In this document: positions 59,374-64,000 of the stretch, in pieces | Layout of the letters: each line of letters starts with the position of its first letter | Position numbering within the stretch: the stretch's first letter is position 1 | From: Squalus acanthias | Taxonomy: Eukaryota | DNA: 64,000 nucleotides | Direction: 5' to 3' | Assembly (NCBI GenBank): GCA_030390025.1 | Contig: JASTWF010000048.1 | Coordinates: 496,001-560,000, forward strand | Notes under the pieces: model-generated | Database searches by the model: none | Seen by the model: the letters and a program-made list of their open reading frames with translations, nothing else | What the model was told of the DNA's origin: nothing | Translations under genes and position numbers: made by a program

Positions 59374-62300
59374 CATAAGAACATAAGAACATAAGAACAT
59401 AAGAAATAGGAGCAGGAGTAGGCCAATCGGCCCCTCGAGCCTGCTCCGCCATTCAATAAGATCATGGCTGATCTGATCCTAACCGCCAATCTACTATCTA
59501 TCACAGAACCATCTCCTGCATCTAACAGAATTGCACACACGAAATAGGAGCAGAATCAGGCTACACAGTCCCTGGGCCCGCTCCACTACCCACAGGGCCA
59601 TGACCGATCCGAACCTAGACTCATGTCCAAATTCCTGCCCGCTCCCCGTAACCCTTAATGCCCTTTACTTCTAGGAAACTGTCTATTTCTGTTTTAAATT
59701 TAATTAATGTTGTAGCTTCTACAGCTTTTTGTGGCAGCATATTCCATGGACCTACCACCCTCTGAGTGAAGTAGTTCCTCCTCATCTCAGTTTTGAAAGA
59801 GCAGCCCCTTATTCTAAGACTATGTCCCCTAGTTCTCGTCTCACCCGTCATCGGGAACATCCTCCCCGCATCCACCCGATCCAACCCCTTCACAATCTTA
59901 TATGTTTCAATAAGATCGCCTCTCATTCTTCTGAACTCCAATGAGTAGAGTCCCAATCTACCCAACCTCTCCTCATATGACCACCCCCTCATCCCCGGGA
60001 TTAACCGAGTGAACCTTTTTTGCACTGCCTCGAGAGCAAGGATGTCTTTCCTTAAGTAAGGACACCAAAACTGTATGCAGTATTCCAGGTGCGGTCTCAC
60101 CAATACCTTGTACAACTGAAGCAATACCTCCCTATTTTTATATTCTATCCCCCTAGCAATGAAAGCCAACATTCCATTTGCCTTCTTAATCACTTGCTGC
60201 ACCTGCATACTAACCTTTTGAGTTTCGTGCACCAGGACCCCCAGATCCCTTTGCACTTCAGTACTCTCCAGTTTCTTGCCATTAAGATAATAAATTGCTC
60301 TAGGATTTTTCCTGCCAAAGTGCATCACCTCACACTTTCCAGTGTTGTATTCCATCTGCCAAATCTCTGCCCACTTACTTAGCCTGTCTATGTCCCCTTG
60401 CAGGTTTTTATGTCCTCCTCACTCACTACTTTCCCTCCCATCTTTGTATCATCTGCAAATTTTGATATGTTACACTTGGTCCCTTCCTCCAAATCGTTAA
60501 TATAGATTGTGAAGAGTTGGGGACCCAGCACTGACCCCTGTGGAACACCACTAGTTACTGATTGCCAGTCTGAGAATGAACCATTTATCCCAACTCTTTG
60601 CTTTCTGTTAGATAGCCAATCCTCTATCCATGCCAGAATATTACCCCCAATCCCGTGATTTTTTACCTTAAGCAATAATCTTTTGTGTGGCACCTTGTCA
60701 AATGCCTTTTGGAAGTCTAAATACACTACGTCCACTGGTTCCCCTTTATCCACTCTATATGTTACTTCCTCAAAGAACTCCAGCAAATTTGTCAAACATG
60801 ACTTCCCCTTCGTAAAACCATGCTGAATTTGTCCTATTAAATTATGATTATCCAAATGTCCTGTTACTGTTTCCTTAATAATGGACTCCAAAATTTTACC
60901 TACCACAGATGTTAGGCTAACCGGTCTATAGTTACCAGCCTTCTGTCTACTGCCCTTTTTAAATAAGGGTGTTACATTAGCAGTTTTCCAGTCTGCCGGG
61001 ACCTTAGCGGAATCCAGGGAGTTTTGAAAAATTATTACCAATGCATCTACAATCCCTACCGCCACTTCCTTCAAGACTCTAGGATGTAAGCCATCAGGTC
61101 CAGGTGATTTATCCGCCTTGAGTCCCATTATTTTACCGAGTACCACTTCCTTAGTGATTTTGATCGTGTTTAGCTCCTCTCCCCCTATAGCCCCCTGTTT
61201 GTCCAGTGTTGGGATATTCTTAGTGTCCTCTACTGTAAAGACTGATACAAAATATTCATTCAGTGTTTTTGCCATCTCCATATTTCCCACCATTAATTTC
61301 CCGGTCTCATCCTCTAAGGGACCAACATTTACTTTAGCCACCCTTTTTCTTTTTATATAACTATAAAAACTCTTACTATCTGTTTTTATATTTTTTGCTA
61401 ATTTACTTTCATAATCTATCTTCCCTTTCTTAATCAATCTTTTTGTTATTTTTTGCTGCCTTTTAAAGTTTTCCCAATCCTCTGTCCTCCCACGAGATTT
61501 CGCTACCTTATATGCCCTTGTTTTTAGTCGAATACTATCCTTAATTTCTTTACTTAGCCACGGATGACTGTCCTTTCTTTTGCACCCTTTTCTTTTCAGT
61601 GGAATATATTTTTTTTGGAAGTTGTAAAATAACTCCTTGAATGTACACCACTGATCATGTGTCGTCTTACCCTTTAATCTATTTTCTCAATCCACTCTAC
61701 TCAATTCCGCTCGCATACCTTCACAGTCTCCTTTATTCAAGCTTAGCACGCTTGTTTGAGATCCAACCTTCTCACCCTCTAATTGAATATGGAATTCAAC
61801 CATGTTATGGTCACTCATTCCAAGGGGATCCTTTACTAGGACATTTTTAATTGATCCTGTCTCGTTACACAGGACCAGATCTAAGGTTGCTTGCGCCCTG
61901 GTCGGTTCAGTTACATACTGCTCAAGAAACCCATCCCTAATACACTCAATGAACTCATCCTCAAGGCAGCCCTGCCCCATTTGATTTGTCCAATTAATAT
62001 GATAGTTAAAATCCCCCATAATTATAGATGTTCCCTTATTACATGCCTCAACTATTTCCTGATTGATACTCCGTCCAATAGAGTTGCAACTGTTCGGAGG
62101 CCTATAGACTACGCCCACTAATGTTTTTTCCCCTTATTATTCCTTATCTCCACCCAAACTGTTTCATTATCATGATTTTTTGACCCAATATCATTACTCT
62201 GTATTACAGTGATTCCTTCCTTTATTAACATAGCCACCCCACCTCCCCTTCCTTCCTGCCTGTCCTTCCTGATCGTTAAATAACCTGGTATGTTTAATTC

Positions 62301-63140
62301 CCAGGCATTGTCACCCTGCAGCCATGTTTCTGTAATGGCCACAATATCATAACCATATGTAGTTATTTGTGCCATTAACTCGTCTATTTTGTTACGAATG
62401 CTACGTGCATTCAGATAGAGAACTTTCAAATATGCTTTGTGGCACTTAGTTCCTGCTTTTTCACTTTTTACCAGTTTACCTTTTACTCCACACACTCTGT
62501 CCCTTCCTGCCACGCTCTGATTTGTGCTTCCCCTACTGCTACCTATGTCTATGACCCTCTCTGTTGTCATTTTTATTTTTTGCTCTCTTGAAACCTCCCC
62601 CCCACTAATTAGTTCAAAGCCCTCTCCACAGCCCTAGTTATTCGATTCGCCAGGACACTAGTCCCAGCACTGGCCAAGTGAAGTCCGTCCCAACGGAACA
62701 GCTCTCTCCTGCCCCAGTACTGGTGCCAGTGTCCCAAGAAGCAAAACCCATTTTTCCCACACCAGTCTTTGAGCCACGCATTCAACTCCCTGATTTTATT
62801 TACCCTAGCCAAATTTGCTCGTGGCTCAGGTAGTAATCCAGAGATTATTACCCTCGAGGTTCTGCTTTTTAATTTGGCCCCTAGCTGCTCAAACTCCCTC
62901 AGCAGAACCTCTTTCCTTGTCCTATCTATGTCATTGGTACCAACATGGACCACGACAACTGGATCCTCCCCCTCCCACTCCAAGTTTCTCTCCAGCCCAG
63001 AGGAGATGTCCTTAACCCTGGCACCGGGCAGGCAACACAGCCTTCGGGACTCTCGCTCTTGGCTGCAAAGAACCCTATCTATCCCCCTAATGATACTATC
63101 CCCTACCACTACAACATTTCTTTTTACTCCCCCCACTTGA
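59374..63140 (-). mobile_element. Young CR1 LINE in the V14 intron: ORF1 SGNH-esterase domain, ORF2 endonuclease-RT, (TTCTTATG)n tail
   Basis: ORF1 part has GDS/GTND/DGLH motifs (62609-63140). ORF2 is in long pieces: 62118-62570 (YLNARS, ITETWL), 61687-62118, 60388-61437 (QGSVLGP, FADD) and 59621-60355. Confidence 0.93.
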
Positions 63141-63662
63141 ATTTGAACACAAAGGTTGAGAATTTTAAAATCGACGCACTGCCGCACCAGTAACCAGTGT
63201 ACGTTAGCGAGTCTGTGCTGCAGGGGTTATAGGCGAGCGCGTCTTATTGTGAAATAGGATGATAATGACATATGATGTAGTTGGAAAATACTACACATGC
63301 AACTGATTGCTCTAGTCGCGGACCTGCTCCATGTTACAAGCAAATTCGTGCATCGATTTAAGATAATTGACAAAAGAACCAGAGGGGAGATGAGGAGAAA
63401 AGTATTTTTTGTTATGCAGCATGTTATGATGACCTGGAACCCACTGCCTTTAAGGGCGATGGATGTAGTTTGAACAGTAACTTTCGAAAGGGAATTTGTT
63501 GAAGACTTGAAAGGGAGAACGTTGCAGGGCTATGTGGAAAGAGCCGGTGAGTGGGATTAATTGGATAGCTTTACAAAAAGATCCTGCACAGACACTATAG
63601 GCCGAATGGCCTCTTTCTGTGCTTCGGATTTATTAATTATCTTAATTTGTTTTGTTTTTTAG

Positions 63663-63965
63663 ATTTTACACATGGATTGAGGCCACTTCAAAGTCAACTC
63701 ACGCTGGTGATTGCAGAAGACATACTTGCAACCATAAGTTGCTATGAACAGGATTCGACACCTCAATACATGCTCTGGTACAGCCAATCGGCTGGCCAGG
63801 GTCTCACGTTGATCGGATACATTCAAATCGGAGGAACGGTTCATTACGAAGAGAAGGATCAAACCCGGTTTCAAATTGCAGGAAACGGCGATAGAAACTC
63901 TAATCTGAAGCTCCCCAGGGCTGCACCTGCAGACACGGCGGTCTATTACTGTGCGACGAGTGACG
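63663..63965 (+). CDS. TRBV: TCR beta V exon (V14), open frame; paralog of V4 (missing from the ORF track because no stop falls in the window)
   Basis: AG at 63661-63662. Hand translation DFTHGLRPLQSQ...ISCYEQ...MLWYSQ...DTAVYYCATSD has no stops. Confidence 0.9.
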
Positions 63966-64000
63966 CACAGCGTTGCAGATTGGTTGAGCGCCCTGTCAAA
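63966..64000 (+). other. 23-RSS of V14 (nonamer cut by the window edge)
   Basis: CACAGCG + 23 bp + TCAAA... Confidence 0.88.

Larger units (their letters stand above)
45980..64000 (+). repeat. Segmental duplicate of ~1-9725 (V1-V2-V3-V4 vs V10-V11-V12-[V13]-V14)
   Basis: Colinear V genes, introns, unique spacers and shared repeat insertions. Offset ~46 kb at V1/V10. Confidence 0.92.

Noticed and set aside
110-63965. NAR-TCR, IgNAR or IgH-like V segments
   Set aside because: The V exons have normal length including CDR2, most have their own leader, and no interspersed D/J or 12-RSS was seen. The motifs fit TRBV.

Overview
Vertebrate genomic DNA, almost certainly a cartilaginous fish (shark-type SINEs, CR1 LINEs with (TTCTTATG)n tails, Penelope elements), covering part of an unrearranged T-cell receptor V-gene array that is most likely TCR beta (TRBV). 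I find 14 V segments, all on the + strand, which I label V1-V14. All have a V exon ending in YYC/YFC. Twelve have an adjacent 23-bp-spacer RSS; in V3 and V12 the RSS is split by a LINE. A convincing leader exon was found for ten. Nine look intact (V1, V4, V6, V7, V8, V10, V11, V13, V14), V2 has Trp41->Leu, and four are pseudogenes (V3, V5, V9, V12). I saw no D, J or C segments. The window holds two copies of a large segmental duplication (~1-9.7 kb vs ~46-64 kb) and a four-copy local module (25-45 kb). It also contains many retroelements, three minisatellite families and four N gaps. I see no convincing wholly new biological system. The best leads are CTCF-like motifs just 3' of several RSSs, a LINE inserted inside an RSS that can be rebuilt exactly, a TRBV30-like gene inside the main array, a probable leader/promoter capture by V8, loss of a V gene at a Penelope hammerhead-like fragment, and CDR-focused divergence between the V1/V10 duplicates. 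Family and repeat names come from recognising motifs by eye, not from database searches.
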